From Oculina patagonica (Eukaryota): 64,000 bases of DNA. Made by a program: the position numbers and the translations under genes. Positions within the stretch are counted from its first letter, which is position 1, and every line of letters starts with the position of its first letter. Below are positions 49,058 through 62,739 of the stretch, one piece after another. The stretch lies in assembly GCF_052425735.1 (NCBI RefSeq), contig NC_135763.1:23746001-23810000 (forward strand), in the 5' to 3' direction. The notes under the pieces are model-generated. The model was not told the DNA's origin and did no database searches. It saw only the letters and a list, made by a program, of their open reading frames with translations.

Positions 49058-50612
49058 CTTCTGACGCTTGTTCTTTCCTTCGTAACGATATATTTCAAAA
49101 TGATGTTTTGCACTCTAAGTAAGCAATTTATAGACAAAGTGATAGTTATTTATAATCCGAAACAACACCGTAATGATGCGGCTTCTTACATTCATATTGG
49201 CTGATAAAGTTTTAATTCCACTGCAATATTGTAATAAAGTGTTTTAATTTGGAACAAATATTGAGACAACCGTGTGAATTATTTGAAAATTGCATGGTCA
49301 CTTTCTAATATAATATGCTCATTTTAGGGAGTTAATAACTTATTTTAAAAGCCGGCCGGCCAATTTATTGTCAGTTCCTTTAGTCACGCAAAGACGCAAA
49401 ACAGGTAGTTGGAAATTCGACTCGTGGTGTTAATTGAATATTTTATTTTTATTTTTTGAATGACACTTTTTACAAGAAAGCGAGGTCGCCATCTCGATTG
49501 CAAACAAGCGAAACTCTATGAAATTTATATGGAAAGAAATTTATACAAACAGGTAATTTGTTTAACATTATTTACATACAAACGGTAGCACGGAAAAGTT
49601 CTTTGGATTATAAGAGTCAGTTTTGTGTTCGTGACCAGCATTTGAGCGATAAGTGATAGCAATGTCGAGAAGTTAGTTTATTTACGACCGTTTTACAGCT
49701 TTGAATCTGATATCCCCACTTACTTCGTCGGCTTACGTCCAACCAATATCAAAAACTGTTTTTTGGTCTAGACCTGTAAAAATTTTCGTCTTTGGCTTCA
49801 AAGTCCTATTAAGTTTATTTTTCTGGAAGTTATGGAGTGGCTTGGAGTTAATTTTTATGGAAAACAAGAGCTTAAAGACCGGTGTAATTCTCCTTAAATT
49901 CCTTTTCTTTGCCTTTAAAATTAATTTCAATAAACGTAAATTTAACAAAACACGAATAGCGTATTCAGTGTAAGGTTTTAAAGTGTTATCTGTTTTAAAA
50001 AACTGGTTAAAAACATAAGCAGGAATACGAAAATATACTCATGGTAAGAGGCGTGTAAAACTAAAGATATATACAGCAAACAATAAAAAATATATGCTTT
50101 ACAAAGGCGTTTGAGTAATTTAAAGTTCGTTGCTATAACAATAATGGAATATTGCCTAAGCAACGGCTGTTTTAGTGTCATTATTTGCTTAACTGGTGGC
50201 TGCGTAGTACCATAATTTCAATCCCTACGACATTCGCACGCGATAGTCTAAACTATCTTAATGATGTAGAGCGATCTTGTCTGACGACTCTTTTAATTCT
50301 AGTTACTAGCAAAGTAATCTCGTAAGTGGCTAGGTAGACTGTTTACGTTAAAACTCAGTTATTAGAGAGTTGGAGACGGGATTATAGCCCTCGCTTGACG
50401 CTTCAGAACAAAGTAACGCTTCGCTGTCTGTATTCAACACCGATTTTTTAACCGAATTATACATTAAAAATGTTAACAATACACAGTGCTTTGAGCTTTC
50501 GAATTCGCATTGAAAAATTCTTTCTTGAGTCAAAGTATTTTTTGCGTCTACAAATAAAGTAATCTTTGTATTTCAACTGTCTATTCTCGAGTGCAAACAA
50601 AACTATGAATAA

Positions 50613-52308
50613 GGCTGCATTCATTATGTATCCTACAGGGGGGGGGTGGAGGCAGAGGATTGGATTTTAGGGGGGGGGTTCTCAAATTTTTAGAGCAAAA
50701 AAAGGGGGGATATGAAAATTGTTTAAATATCTCCTGGGAGGATGCTTATTTTTTGTAAGATTCTGTCTAGCTTTTGTAATAGTTTTAAAAAGTGAAAAAA
50801 AAAAATGATAAGTACAGCAGCTTCTTTCAAGGATTGTAAGCAACAGAGAGGGGGGGGGGGAGGTCGGCCGGAGACAGCAGGCGACGGGAGCCGCCGGGAC
50901 CACGAGAACGACGGGAGAAAAGGCGACCGCGGACGAGCACCCGCGAGAGGGGGGAAGCGAACAAAAAAGGAACAGACCACCGCCCGCCCGCGCGACCGGG
51001 GACCAGAAGCAGCCCGACACAGAACCGCCCCCCAGCAACCACGAGCGCGGCCCGCCCGCACCGCAGCCCCGCGACGGGCCCCCCCCCCCCCCCCCCCCCC
51101 CGCAACAAGGGTACCTCTATTATTCTGAGCTGAGAGACTAGAATAGTACCTATTTTGAAGTTTTTCAAGTAGTGTGCCTGGCCTAGGCCTGTAGATGTAA
51201 TGTTTCAATACAGTATAGAAAGTAAAACATCTAAAATGGAAACATTTAATGGAACCTCAGTCTAAGTAGTGCAACTTTATTTATCTTTTCTCACTTTTTC
51301 GCGAGACTCGGTGAAAAATCGCGAGGGACATCGGACAACGACTGATACTATGACTCGAGTTCAGCTGTCTGAGCAGAGGCGTGTGTCCAAAGTATAGTCG
51401 CACTGCGACTGTCTCGCCCCGCCCACCGCGAGCGAGATGAACCATATGGATAGACTGTGACTGTGTTGTATTAGATGAAAAATAAGGAGGAGAAGAGAAA
51501 AAAGGAAAATACACAAGACCAAAAGCGAAATAAGTACTGGAAATATGGCACTGATTTTTCGCGAAATTTAGTGAGAATAAGGTAATCAATGAATGCAAAA
51601 GAAAAAATGTAATTCAGTACACAGTTTTATTAAATTGATCAATGTGCACTTAAATGTTCAATGAAAGGATACGAACAATATGACTGGAAAACTATCGCGT
51701 CCACGTTTGAAAATATGAAAAGCTATACGTCGAAGAACTTAACAAAATTTTAGACCATCATAATCTTTCTCTCCTTGGGAAGAAAATGATAAGATAAGGA
51801 GAATAATGGCACATGTCGCACTTGAGAGGAATAATGCTGAACGGCCGGAAAACGTGGGTGAAGAGGATGGCAACAGCGGAGATGAATCCGTGGATGAGTG
51901 AGTGAGAGTGATAATGATGATGAGGTTGTTGCTTTTGTCGACGAGAGTGACAGTGAAACGGAGGTTCCTGTCAATACTCCTGGTAGTACTCGTACACGAG
52001 CTGGCAGGCTATCTATACCTAATTCGCGCTACTTTGACTGGCTGGCATAGGTATGATATAAACAGTCAAAGATGTTGTTATTAAACATGTCTCTTGAAAT
52101 TTCAAACATATATAGTGTACTATTATACAGATATTTATTTTGATATTTCTTGTGAGGGAGGAGGGGGGGGAGTATTCATTTTTCGGCTGATTGCTTGGGG
52201 GGATTATGAAAACTTGTATGGACCTTGGGGGGGGGGATATAAAAAAACGAGCCGCTGAAAAAAAATCCTCTGCCCCCCCCCCCTGTAGCATACATAATGA
52301 ATGCAGCC
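50613..52308. mobile_element. 1.7-kb non-autonomous DNA transposon with TAA TSD (PIF/Harbinger-like)
   Basis: TAA|GGCTGCATTCATTATGTATCCTACAGGGGGG ... CCCCCCTGTAGCATACATAATGAATGCAGCC|TAA; possible coding remnant ..ESDSETEVPVNTPGSTRTRAGRLSIPNSRYFDWLA* near 51915-52050. Confidence 0.82.
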
Positions 52309-53637
52309 TAAAAGCTTAACTTTCGCCCATGATTTCGAATTGCTTTGCGTTCATACAGTGCACGTGGTTTCAAGCACCACGTCCTGATTACGTGCAAGTC
52401 CAAGGTTCAACCTGTTGCCGCCCTGGGAGGTTAGTGAGTTTTGTTCGCCCTAGGCAGTTATACAGTTTTGACGCGCGTCACGTGATACGTTCTCGTCCAA
52501 TAGAAAACTGCATTTCAGTTATGGGGGAATAACATATGGCCTTGTTAATCCTGGATTGGATCGTAATTAAAAAATGGTACCAGGCTTTCCGTTTGTGAGC
52601 GTGCCTCAATTTCATTTTCAATCCATTTGGCACGAATGCATAATTAATTTTGCTTAATCACGTATTCGATAAATGCCATGTCGAGGTAACATGAATAATA
52701 TATTTGGAAATTTGAATTTTAACGTCTATAGAAGGTACCAAAATCCATTTGTCTCTCCTAAAAAATACGATGCACATTTTCCGGAGTGGTACAGTAGACG
52801 TATAGAGTCCCTTAGCTCTGGGAAAGAGAGAACTGGAAGAGTTCTATATAGTGTCTTAGCCAAAAACGTAGCGCGGCATTGACCAGTATTCTACTTCAGC
52901 AAACGAAATAACAATCTAGTAGGCAAGCGCCCCAGCCAACCCCCAACCGCTGCCTAGCCTTACTAATCTATTAAAATATTACAACTTCTTGATACTTATA
53001 AAGGTTCTCTTGTGATAACAATTATGTCAGTATCTGAAATTATGTACAAAAATATCTTAAGGAGTGCTTAGAGTTTCTTAAATTAAAATTTGAAATTATG
53101 TATAAAAATATCTTAAGGAGTGCTTAGATATTCTTACATTAATATTTAGCGTGTAAATTAAACAAATTATACGATTTCTATTTCACTGTCGCAGGTGAAT
53201 TTGTAATAGGAAATGTGAACAGCATCACACCCGCTACATTTGTTCCATAGACTTCTTCCACAAAAAATAATTTTAAGAGAAGTTTCTGCAAAAATAGCCG
53301 ACTTGTTTTTGTCCGATAAAGATGTGATAGAGGCTGAACAAATCACGACTGGCGTTTGCAATCCACAAAGTCGTCCAATTTAAGCCTTTCTGCTCTACGT
53401 ATTATAAAATTTTGTAGCGATTGACTAATCTCTTCTTCTCAAGGTCGAATAAAAGCAACGGGTAACTCAGAGGAACAAACGATACCAGCAGCACAGTTAG
53501 TAATTTTTGGCATGTATCTCAGATATTCCTATTATAAGAAGCTATAAGAAGTATTTCTCTCATATGAAGTTTTCTTATTGTTTCAAAACATGTTTTGCGG
53601 TTTAAGACAAAATGACCTAGACCGACCTAGGCCACTT

Positions 53638-54430
53638 TAACCCTTGCCGCGGAGAGCATAAAATTTGATTTGACGATTAGCTGGAATTTTAGGATCCGTT
53701 TCAAGGTTTCGATTGCAAATGTATGTGAACTTCAGGGTTTTTCTTTATCTTTCTAATGTAACTTTTCCACGACTGGTCAACGCAATATCTCCAAGTTTTA
53801 CCCCTGTAAGTACGCTTTTTTTCTCTATGCAAGCTAGATGTATCTTTGTTTTGGATTTTCTATTGTTGTCTTAACCCAAAGGCGGGAGAGCACAAATTGA
53901 TTTCGGTACAATTAATTTTAAATTTGATCTTTATCGGATTCTTTTGATGTTGGAGGACAGCGGAGCATAATTAATCTCGATTTGACAATTAGTTTAAATT
54001 TTATCTTAATGAACTTATTTCAAGGACATTTCTATGTGAAGGAATTTTTTCCCTCTCTGAAGCATGAAAGCAGCTTTTCATCACGTTTTATTCAGTCAGT
54101 AGCGTTCAAGGACTACTAGGACTCCTCCTGGGACTCCTAGACTTTTTTCGCCCAGATGTTTTTGCTTCGGATTTTCAAGTGTTGCCTTAACCCTTAGGCG
54201 TGAGAGCATAATTGATTTCGGTACAATTAGCTTTTAATTTGATGTTGATCGGATTTTCTAGTGTTGTCTTAACCCTGAAGCGGGAGAGCATAATTCATTT
54301 CGATTTGACAATAAGCTTAAATTTAATCTTAGTGGATTTATTTTAAAGACTTCGTATGTGAAGGAATTTTTTCCCTCTCTAAGGCATAAAAGTAGATCTC
54401 CATCACGTTAAATTCAGTCAGTAGCATTCA
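53638..54430. repeat. Degenerate hierarchical tandem repeat (~80-bp monomers within ~310-bp duplicated blocks) upstream of the TNF-like gene
   Basis: Recurring TTAACCC....GCG.GAGAGCATAATT..TTTCG...ACAATTAG at ~53638, 53871, 53960, 54187, 54269. Confidence 0.7.
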
Positions 54431-54904
54431 ATCTCTGGCAGTTAGAGGTCACACGGGAAGCAAGAAGAAACTCCGCTGAACCAAGAATACACGGTAACTA
54501 GCTATCTCAGAGTGTCTGTAAACCTCATTTCACGATTATTTTTTCCTCCCCTTTAAGGCGATTTATTAATCACATCCAGATTTTTATTTTGAAGGTAAAA
54601 ATTTCGAAAGAAAGACAAGCTAAAATCTTAAGTGAAAATTCAATCAGGGGAATGACCATTTTATAACTTTTCCGTGAAATGAACTCAGTTCAGTGTTCTT
54701 TTTTGTGTGTTTGTCTTGTTAATAACAAATAAATTTTGGTTTATCGTAAGTAGCACTGCTTTCGTCCAAAAAAGAATGAAGCATTGGTACTTGGATTGTT
54801 AATTTGTAACTCTTTCGAGTTTAGTTGAATGATTGTAGTTTACTCAGTCACAACGGCACGTGGTAAAGTAATTATTTTCATTATAACATTAAGTTTCAGG
54901 AGAT

Positions 54905-57780
54905 ATGGACTCTGCCTGGTTGAAGTTCTCTTTAGCTTGTCTAATTTTTGGACAAGGTGCTATGAGTGGAGTGAGTGCGGCGGCCGTAAACATTGTAAGT
55001 TTCCAACTATTATTAGATCAAATAAATAAAAAGGTACGTAGTCATATGCTGTTTGGGCGGCCAGGGATCATAATAAGAATAAGGCAATAATGAGTCTGCA
55101 ATCAAACAGCACACACGTGGCGTGGGCAGTCGAAACAAACGCTTACTTTTAGAATCTCTGCATTCCACTTTAAACACCGAAGCTGAACGCCAGCCCTTCC
55201 CTAAAGCGTACTTGCCACTGATTATATCCATTAGAGACCGTCACAAGTTTTAGAAATGTAAAATTTATTCATTTTATTTTTTAGTCATTTTTTTCTGAGT
55301 AAGGCAACAAAAAGGTGCCGAAAATTTAGTACAAAATTTAAACATTTTTAAAGGTCAAGGTCAGGTACTGCATTCAGCAATGTTTACCTAATAGGTAGTC
55401 ACAACAAGGTGTACCTATTACCTGCTGGGATTAGTTGAGATCCTTGAATAAACGTATTGTCTCCAGTTTTGCACGCACAAGACTGACTGGATTTGTCACA
55501 GCATGCACATGATCTGCCTGATGGTGGTTTTCTATAAATATATCAAAACAAGCTGTCACGGAACACAATTATCACGGAACAGGGACTTTAACCGATATAT
55601 GTTAAATCCTTTTTCTACGATCAGAACTTTTTTTTGTTTTATCTTTTTACTGACGGTTTTTTTTGTTTTGTTTTGTTTTGTTTTTTTGGCATAGAATTTT
55701 TTTCGAGTTCATTCCAGCCCACCGACGTCAATATCAAAAACATACAGGTAAGGTTTTTTTCTTTTAAGGACGTTCGCGCGAAAATCTTCCAACATTGCAG
55801 TTTTTCTTACAATTTCACCAGAGCTAGTTTATTAGTCATTTTATCAGAAATGTAAAAAAAAAGTGGGGGTCACCGACTTCGTTTCCGAAATGAGATAACC
55901 GAAAGAGGGCGCGTATTTGGATAAATTTCACTTCGTCACAAGATATGACCTCAGCGGCTTCGGGCGACAAAATATTTTAAAGTAATTGATGTAGGCTAAC
56001 TTTCTTTGTCTGAATTTATTTTAGTTGGTCTATTGTACAATCAATCTTAAGGAAAATCTTGCCTTAAAGAATTGGATTTGCGAACACTCGAGACTGGAAA
56101 ATGTGACTAATTTGGTCGCGCGCGAGGGGAGAAAATGAAAAAATAACAAAGTTCCAACATTGGAAATTCGCTCATTTTTTGTCAATCAGTAGAGATTTAT
56201 CGGTAAAGTTGGTATATCCGAAAAAAGTGGGGGTCACCGACCGTTTAAGAGAGGAAACTGCAAGCGAAGTTAACGCAACGGCTACCAACCCTATATGAGG
56301 CCTTCCAAGGGGTTTTGGCGACAGGCGACATTGCTCCAAAATTGCTAAAATTGTAGCGACAATCTTATTCCACAGCACTGACAGCCGACAAAAAATAGCA
56401 CTGAAAGGGTGCATATTTGCGACAGCGAGGTTTTCTTTACCAAAAAGGTGACAGGTGAGTTGGAAACGAGCGACAAAGCGACAGCAGAAACCCCCTTGGA
56501 AGGCCTCCTATATGTGTTCGGAACGTTTTCTCAGCGCGCGCGCTCATGCATGACGTGGCGTGACGTTGCGACATGAATTACGTGCACAGTAAGGATGCGC
56601 ATAAACAATTAGCGCGAACGTCCTTACTTAAGGTACACTCTTCTAAAACATTGTTGTATATTATTTGTTGATTTAACATAGTTAGAACGTGAAATTAACC
56701 CTTTAAAAAGCAACGCGTACGCGATCGTATTCTATTTAACAATTAGACGGCAAGCTCGAGGTTTTTACCGGCTGATAGTTGGCGAGGGGCGAAGGCCCGA
56801 GCCAACTATCAAAAGCCGGTGGAAACCGAGAGCGAGCCGTCTAATTGTGTTAGCATAACCCACTGACCGATCTATTGAAGTCAGAATATCGCTTGAATTG
56901 ATTTATTGAAGATTTTGATTAATAAAATTCAGCGAAGACTACGCGCGCGCTCCGAGAGCCTTCTACGGATCGATAGTAGGCCAGTGTGGTTATGCTAACA
57001 GCGATAAGTAGAAACTCAGTCGTGTTCTATTGAAATTCTGGTAATCTGATTGGCTTCCATTGCTTTCTAATTGCTGATAAAACACCATTGCGTGCACGCT
57101 CCTTTTTTATAAAGGGACAATTTTTCTTGATTTTTGGTTTGAAACTACATAAAATTGTAGGTTTTGAACTGCAATCCTTTAGAGTTTCAATTTTAATTTA
57201 AAAAAACACCCAACTCACCCTCGTTTTCTGTAAACGGTAGTCAACTCGGCTACGAACCGTTGACTTTGCGCTCGCAGAAAAGCCGGGCTTCTTCTAGTCT
57301 AATTGTTTAATAGAACGCATTAGGAGAACCAATCAGATTTGTGGATTTCAACAGAACAAGGATAACTTTCCACTTATCGTAGGTAGAGCAAGATCGCGAG
57401 CGCATTGCAAGGCAAAATTATTCATCATTTTTGGTTTAAAAATACCCAAAACTGTAGGTTATCGACTGTTACCCTTTATGGTGTTTTATGACGTCTATAA
57501 ATACAAGTACAACAAATTTGCTCATAAAAACTCGAGGTTGTTGTCTTATGTTAAATACACTCTGGCTGTAAAATATGCTTGTTTAAACTTGACGGGACAA
57601 AATATAGATATTGGAATCGTGTCTTTAATTTTGTGTGCTTTGCGTCACAGTGGGATAAATATTTCCTCTCTTGCCTTATCAACGTGCCATACAAGCGTGC
57701 TATTTTTTCAAATTCATTCATTCATTTATTGATTCGTTCGTTCGTCCATTTATTCGTTAATTATGTATGTATGTATTTAC

Positions 57781-57852
<72 letters not shown>

Positions 57853-58386
57853 TTTATTGCAGGGACCAAAACCTTCCGCGCATATTGTAGCATCTTACCT
57901 TCAAGACGTCAGCTATCCAATTAACACAGGTATGCTACTTCAGCATTTAAATTTATCTGATCAACTTTTCTAGTTAGGTTTGTAAAAAGCCAGCCAGTAC
58001 ATATGGTTAAACAATTATACATTTACCTTCTAGTGATAAAAGACTGGTCCACCAGCGACCCTCATAGCCATCTTGAAGGTGGCATGACATACGATGATGG
58101 AAAACTGATGGTACCCATGGCTGGAAGGTACTACATCTACGCACAGTTCCACTTTAAATCTGTGGGAAGAGTACAAGTTCGTGTGAATGATGATTTTGTC
58201 AGCCTGATTTCCTCGCCAGTGATACAGGAAGGCTTTGCCATAAACTCCAACACAATGGGTGTGTTTGCTCTTAATGCTAATGACACCATTTCGTTGCGGA
58301 TCAATCCATGGGGGGCGCCGGCTGATGGTTCAGTAAAATTTTGGATGCAATACCATGGTTGTTTTTTTGGTGCGTTTTTGATCTGA
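54905..58386 (+). CDS. TNF superfamily ligand, ~179 aa, with a signal-peptide-like N-terminus
   Basis: Exons 54905-54994, 55718-55747, 57863-57929, 58034-58386 (phases 0/0/1, in frame). TNF motifs KPSAHI, IKDW, GGMTYDDGKLMVPMAGRYYIYAQFHF, GVFALNANDTISL, CFFGAFLI*. Confidence 0.88.
55768..56623. mobile_element. Kolobok-like non-autonomous element in a TNF intron, carrying a nested MITE (56297-56507)
   Basis: TTAA|GGACGTTCGCGC ... GCGCGAACGTCC|TTAC; nested GAGGCCTTCCAAGGGG ... CCCCTTGGAAGGCCTC flanked by CTATAT duplication. Confidence 0.78.
56738..57000. mobile_element. Hairpin-rich interspersed repeat
   Basis: ACAATTAGACGGC...GCCGTCTAATTGT palindrome with inner GATAGTTGGC/GCCAACTATC stem, followed by TGTTAGCATAACC...GGTTATGCTAACA inverted repeat. 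Confidence 0.6.
57775..57850. repeat. (TTTA)n microsatellite forming the pyrimidine-rich tract before TNF exon 3
   Basis: Tetranucleotide run ending just before ttgcag|GGA at 57863. Confidence 0.9.
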
Positions 58387-59201
58387 GCTTCAAGTTAAAA
58401 GTTTAACAGTTGTATCGTTAACAATCCATCGATTCCTTAGTTATGCTGTAATAATAAGAGTAGCAGTTTGTTAACTGGCAGCTTGTAATAAAAGGGTCGT
58501 TAACAAGGCTTTGATTTGCTGTAGTACTTGTATCGGTTTGTAAACTGGTAACTTATAATCTTCAACGCTTTAAGGATTTATTAACACTACTGCAATAAAA
58601 ATTACATTATACAATAACCGAGAGAATTCTCGCGCGCTGATTGGTCGAAAGTTATGGTCGATGAGATTATAAGCCATGGAAGTGACGTCAGATCATGTCA
58701 CACACGCTCGGGCTAGAAATTTGTACGTTTGAAATCGATGAATGAAAGCGAATTTTATCTTGTTTTGTTTGGATCAAACTTAGGTAATCTGTCTTATGAA
58801 AATTTACCAGTATACCAGGCTTTTGAAATTGATTTGTCTAACTGATAAGAACGCTGCTTGCGACGTGGCAGTAAACAGTTGAAGTTCATGTGTACAAGCG
58901 CTAACGAGATCTTCAATCAGAAAAATAATCGCGTTAGCGTTTTTCACGGTCAGGCATCGCTTTTGATAAATACTCGTTCGAGTTTGTTATTGTATGAAAC
59001 AAATCGACCACATTTTTCCATGCTCTACACTCTTAAAGACCCAGGAAATGACGCCATTAAATGTCCAAAACTTTGCAGTTCCACTTGAGTTTTGGACATT
59101 TTATGACGTCATTTCGCCCAAGAAAACATGGCAGACAATTGCTTAATAAAAGGTCTCCAAGGCATAAAGAGATCGTAAATACAGACATAGTGTCATAGAT
59201 A

Positions 59202-59774
59202 CAGTAAAAACCGGTGAATAAGAACCAATTTGTTAAGAACTTGTTAGGCTAAAATTGCCAGTTAAACACCATCTATATAAGAACCTCCTAGCCTAAAGTT
59301 TGGAAATAGGTTCTTATTTTCTGAAATCATTAATAATGTTTACTTTTAGGGAAATAACATAAAGCGACATTCTGGATCCTCTTTAGGAGCCTTATCGCTC
59401 TTGTTGCAATGTAAATGCCAATGTTGAAAATCATAAAATATTACAGAATTAATTGATACAAACAAAAAATTATAAAAATGGTATGCAAATTTCATAGAAG
59501 GAAAAGGCTGAATACCACTAGAAACTCTAGAAACCTAGTAAATGGCCTAGCTCACAGCGAGTCTCACGTAGCTCAGTTGGTTAAAGCGCGCAACCGGTAT
59601 CTGGGAGGCCATGGGTTCGATTCCCGTTGGGGACTCAGATTTTTTCTTTGTCCCACGCTCGTGTCATGTAGAATAATTTCTTCACAGCCTAAATTTATGC
59701 TAATTAAAATTTATATAAGAACCTGTTTAGGCGAACTTGGGAAAATGCAGGTTCTTACTCTCGGGTTTTTACTG
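59202..59774. mobile_element. Tc1/mariner-pogo-like MITE with TA TSD, containing an inserted tRNA-derived SINE
   Basis: TA|CAGTAAAAACCGGTGAATAAGAACC ... GGTTCTTACTCTCGGGTTTTTACTG|TA. Confidence 0.75.
59545..59690 (+). mobile_element. tRNA-derived SINE
   Basis: A box TAGCTCAGTTGG, B box GGTTCGATTCC, tail TTTTTCTTTGTCCCACGCTCGTG. Confidence 0.7.
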
Positions 59775-61269
59775 TATCGCGACCATGAAACTGAAATTTT
59801 AAAGTCTCTTACCGAAGCTATCCATAAGCACAATTGTCCATAGGTCACCGACTGCTCAGCCGGTGAACATTGGTGAATATTTATCTCGAGTTCGTCTCGG
59901 TAAATATTCACCAATATTCACTAGTATAAAAGCGAAGCGCGCGAGGTCTAAAAATAGAATGCAAATTAATATACCCCCTCCCTCACGGGGCTCAGAAAAC
60001 ATCAGCGTGTTCTGAGAGAAATAGAGAAGCTAGGTGCAGTTTTCGAAGTTTGAGTTTAGGAACACCGGCTGTTTCAAAAAGTGTTTTAGAAAAATCGTCC
60101 ACCATTCTGGTTTGTTTGTCTGAGTCTTGTCTGAGTCATGACGTCACTCAAGTGCTTCGCTATTGCTTATAAATGTGTAGTGTGGTTTATGTTAAGAGGC
60201 TAGTCAAGCTGACCGATTACTGACATTTTTATTTACATCTTTCTCAAAATGCGATTCGTTGCAATTGACAATTGTTTGTACACCGTAAAACCCCAATAAA
60301 GCTCCCGGGGGTTTCATTTCTTTTCGCGACCTCTTGAGGCGGGTGAAGGCGGGGGAAGGCGGGGGGGAGGGATGTTGGTGGCTTATAAATCAGTTAGGGT
60401 ACTTATAAAAAAATGGACTTTTCTGCTGTTAAGTAACACATTTTTACACAATGAAAAAGTTGATGTGGTGGATGAATAAGTATAAAAGCCTAAAGTCACC
60501 TTGTTTTATTGTTCAAATGACTGTCGTGATCTACCATCTGAGGTGGGGTGGGGCAAAAACGAGAGAGGAGGTTTATTAAAATATTAATAATAATAAACCT
60601 CCTAGAAGCTGGCTTATTTGAGAGGGGGCTTAAAAGAGAGAGAAAGGGGGGGGGAAGCTTTTAACACAATAAGGCAATTATCCTACCCAGTCTTGTGGAA
60701 TACATGATCGCCTGATTTTAGCCAACTCGGCCGATCAGACGATATAATCCGCAATTTTGCAGATATAATAGAGATTGTACAATGACCAAGGTCAGACTAG
60801 TGTTGCGGATTCTTGCCAAAAATAAAGCAAAAGTAATATCAATTCAAAGATTACATATCGAATACATAACAAATGAATTACGATTTCTGAGAATTATATA
60901 CAGACTTGCTTCAAACATTTAATGATACGATTCATACAGGCAGCATTTAACTCAAATACTTAAATGTTTACATGTAAGTAATTTAGTCTCCATATATAAT
61001 TTTATAGGTGGTAGTCGAACTTTTAAACCTAATCAAGATGATGGACATTTCAATCAAATAGTACGCGGCAAAGACAGCAGAGTTTCAATAAAATTAACTA
61101 TACTTGTTTGCAACTGAAAACACTTCGACTTTTGAAAGCAAAATCGTTGTGTGTTGTGCCTGAACTAAGAAAAGTACTTCATTATTTGCAAGACAAAGCT
61201 TCAGCGACATCTTTGAATCAGGAAAACAAAAAAACAAAAATACAATGAGATGTGCGTGGCACGTCTTAA

Positions 61270-61815
61270 CCCTCGGACGTACAAGCAAACTCATACACCC
61301 ATCATCGTACAAGGAGGGGGGGGAGGGTGGATGGAACCCCTCCCCGGAGTTTTCGTTATATTAAGGCGTAGCGAGATTATTTTACACTGATAAGAAAGCC
61401 CTTAGCTTACTCTACAAGATGACATAATTTTAATTGGCTGTGACGTCATATGACGTCACGTGACGTCATAAGAGCTGCCATCTTGGATCCGCCATCTTGG
61501 ATTTCAACATTTTCTTAGAAAGTCACAAAATAACGGAAATTGATGCAAAATCAAGCTAGAATGCTTATGAAATAAAAAAAATAAACAAATATTGCACTTC
61601 TGTTATAAAAAACTGGAAAAAATCAAGAAAAATGTTAAAAATGACGATTTTTGGCAAGACCTGCTTGTATTTATGACGTTGCTATCGCAACGTCACATAC
61701 CATGGACACATGGTTGACATATCAAAATTTCCGCAAAGGATGAATGAACAGCTACCGAAAGTTTCAGCACTGTAGGGTTAATGCTTTTTTCAAAATTTGG
61801 AAAAAACCTTACGGA
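61270..61815. mobile_element. piggyBac-like non-autonomous element, left end only
   Basis: TTAA|CCCTCGGACGTACAAG terminus; matching right TIR not found. Confidence 0.5.
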
Positions 61816-62739
61816 GATCAAAAAGGTATAATTATACTTTATCAGTTTTCAGTATCTTTAATTTTTAAAGAAAACTCAGCTTTTTTAATGAAATATCCGA
61901 TTAGCGAATGTTGTTACTATACTTGCATCTATGCCAGAATCCGGCCGCTGGTAGTACGTTCTCTAAGGTACCAAAAAGGGCAGAATAGTAATGTCATTTC
62001 ACGCAATAAATAGGATAAGTAATAACTGCTACATTTGTTATAAAGTGATTTTTTGGCTTGTCGTTGTTTGGTTTTGATAGCTTGATTATTTCTGTCGATA
62101 AGGACCCTTCAATGTTACTTGTAAAAACCACATTAGTTATGCATAAATTAAATGTCGCATCTTTCATTGTAGTTCAAATATTGCAAAAAAAGACGAGGTT
62201 CCAATACTCCGATTCACGGTGACTTTTAGTATGTTATTCCTCAATATATGCAAAGTCGAATAAGGCATGTTTTATTTTTGTTGCAATTTGTTTTGGGTGT
62301 AATACTAAGTTGACTGGACTAATATAAGTCCATCCGGCGTTTAGACGCATAACTTCTAAGTATTATAGGCCCTCTAAAATATAGGTTCATTTCAGATTAT
62401 AAGTAAAGTTCCCTATTGTAGAGCTTGCGTTGTATTCTGTGTTGTTAGAGTATGCACGGAGAACTGCAATTCTTGTTTACTGACTGTAGGACTTCATATC
62501 GTTATGTTTATAGAATTTTACTTTGTGGTATTCTTTTATATTTTGCACCTTAACTTTCTCCGACAAAGTACCCCTGAATGCCAAATATGAACCCAAACAT
62601 TTTTGAAACGATGAAGAGTAAAAGAGGTAATACCCCATGAATGCCTTTTTCAGTGAAATTTCCTTTCATGTTATTTTAGGTGGCTGGTATCGGTTTTCCG
62701 CACTTTTATACTTTATCCTCTTATACTTGACGTTTCAGT

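Noticed and set aside
50844-51110. ~270-bp GC-rich tract with a single T between poly-G and poly-C, giving Gly/Arg/Pro-rich ORFs
   Set aside because: Typical low-quality base calling after homopolymer runs; similar noise at ~29105-29165 and ~39445-39510; needs read support
54039-54375. GGAATTTTTTCCC as NF-kB sites upstream of the TNF-like gene
   Set aside because: Spacing is longer than the 10-11-bp kB consensus; no other support
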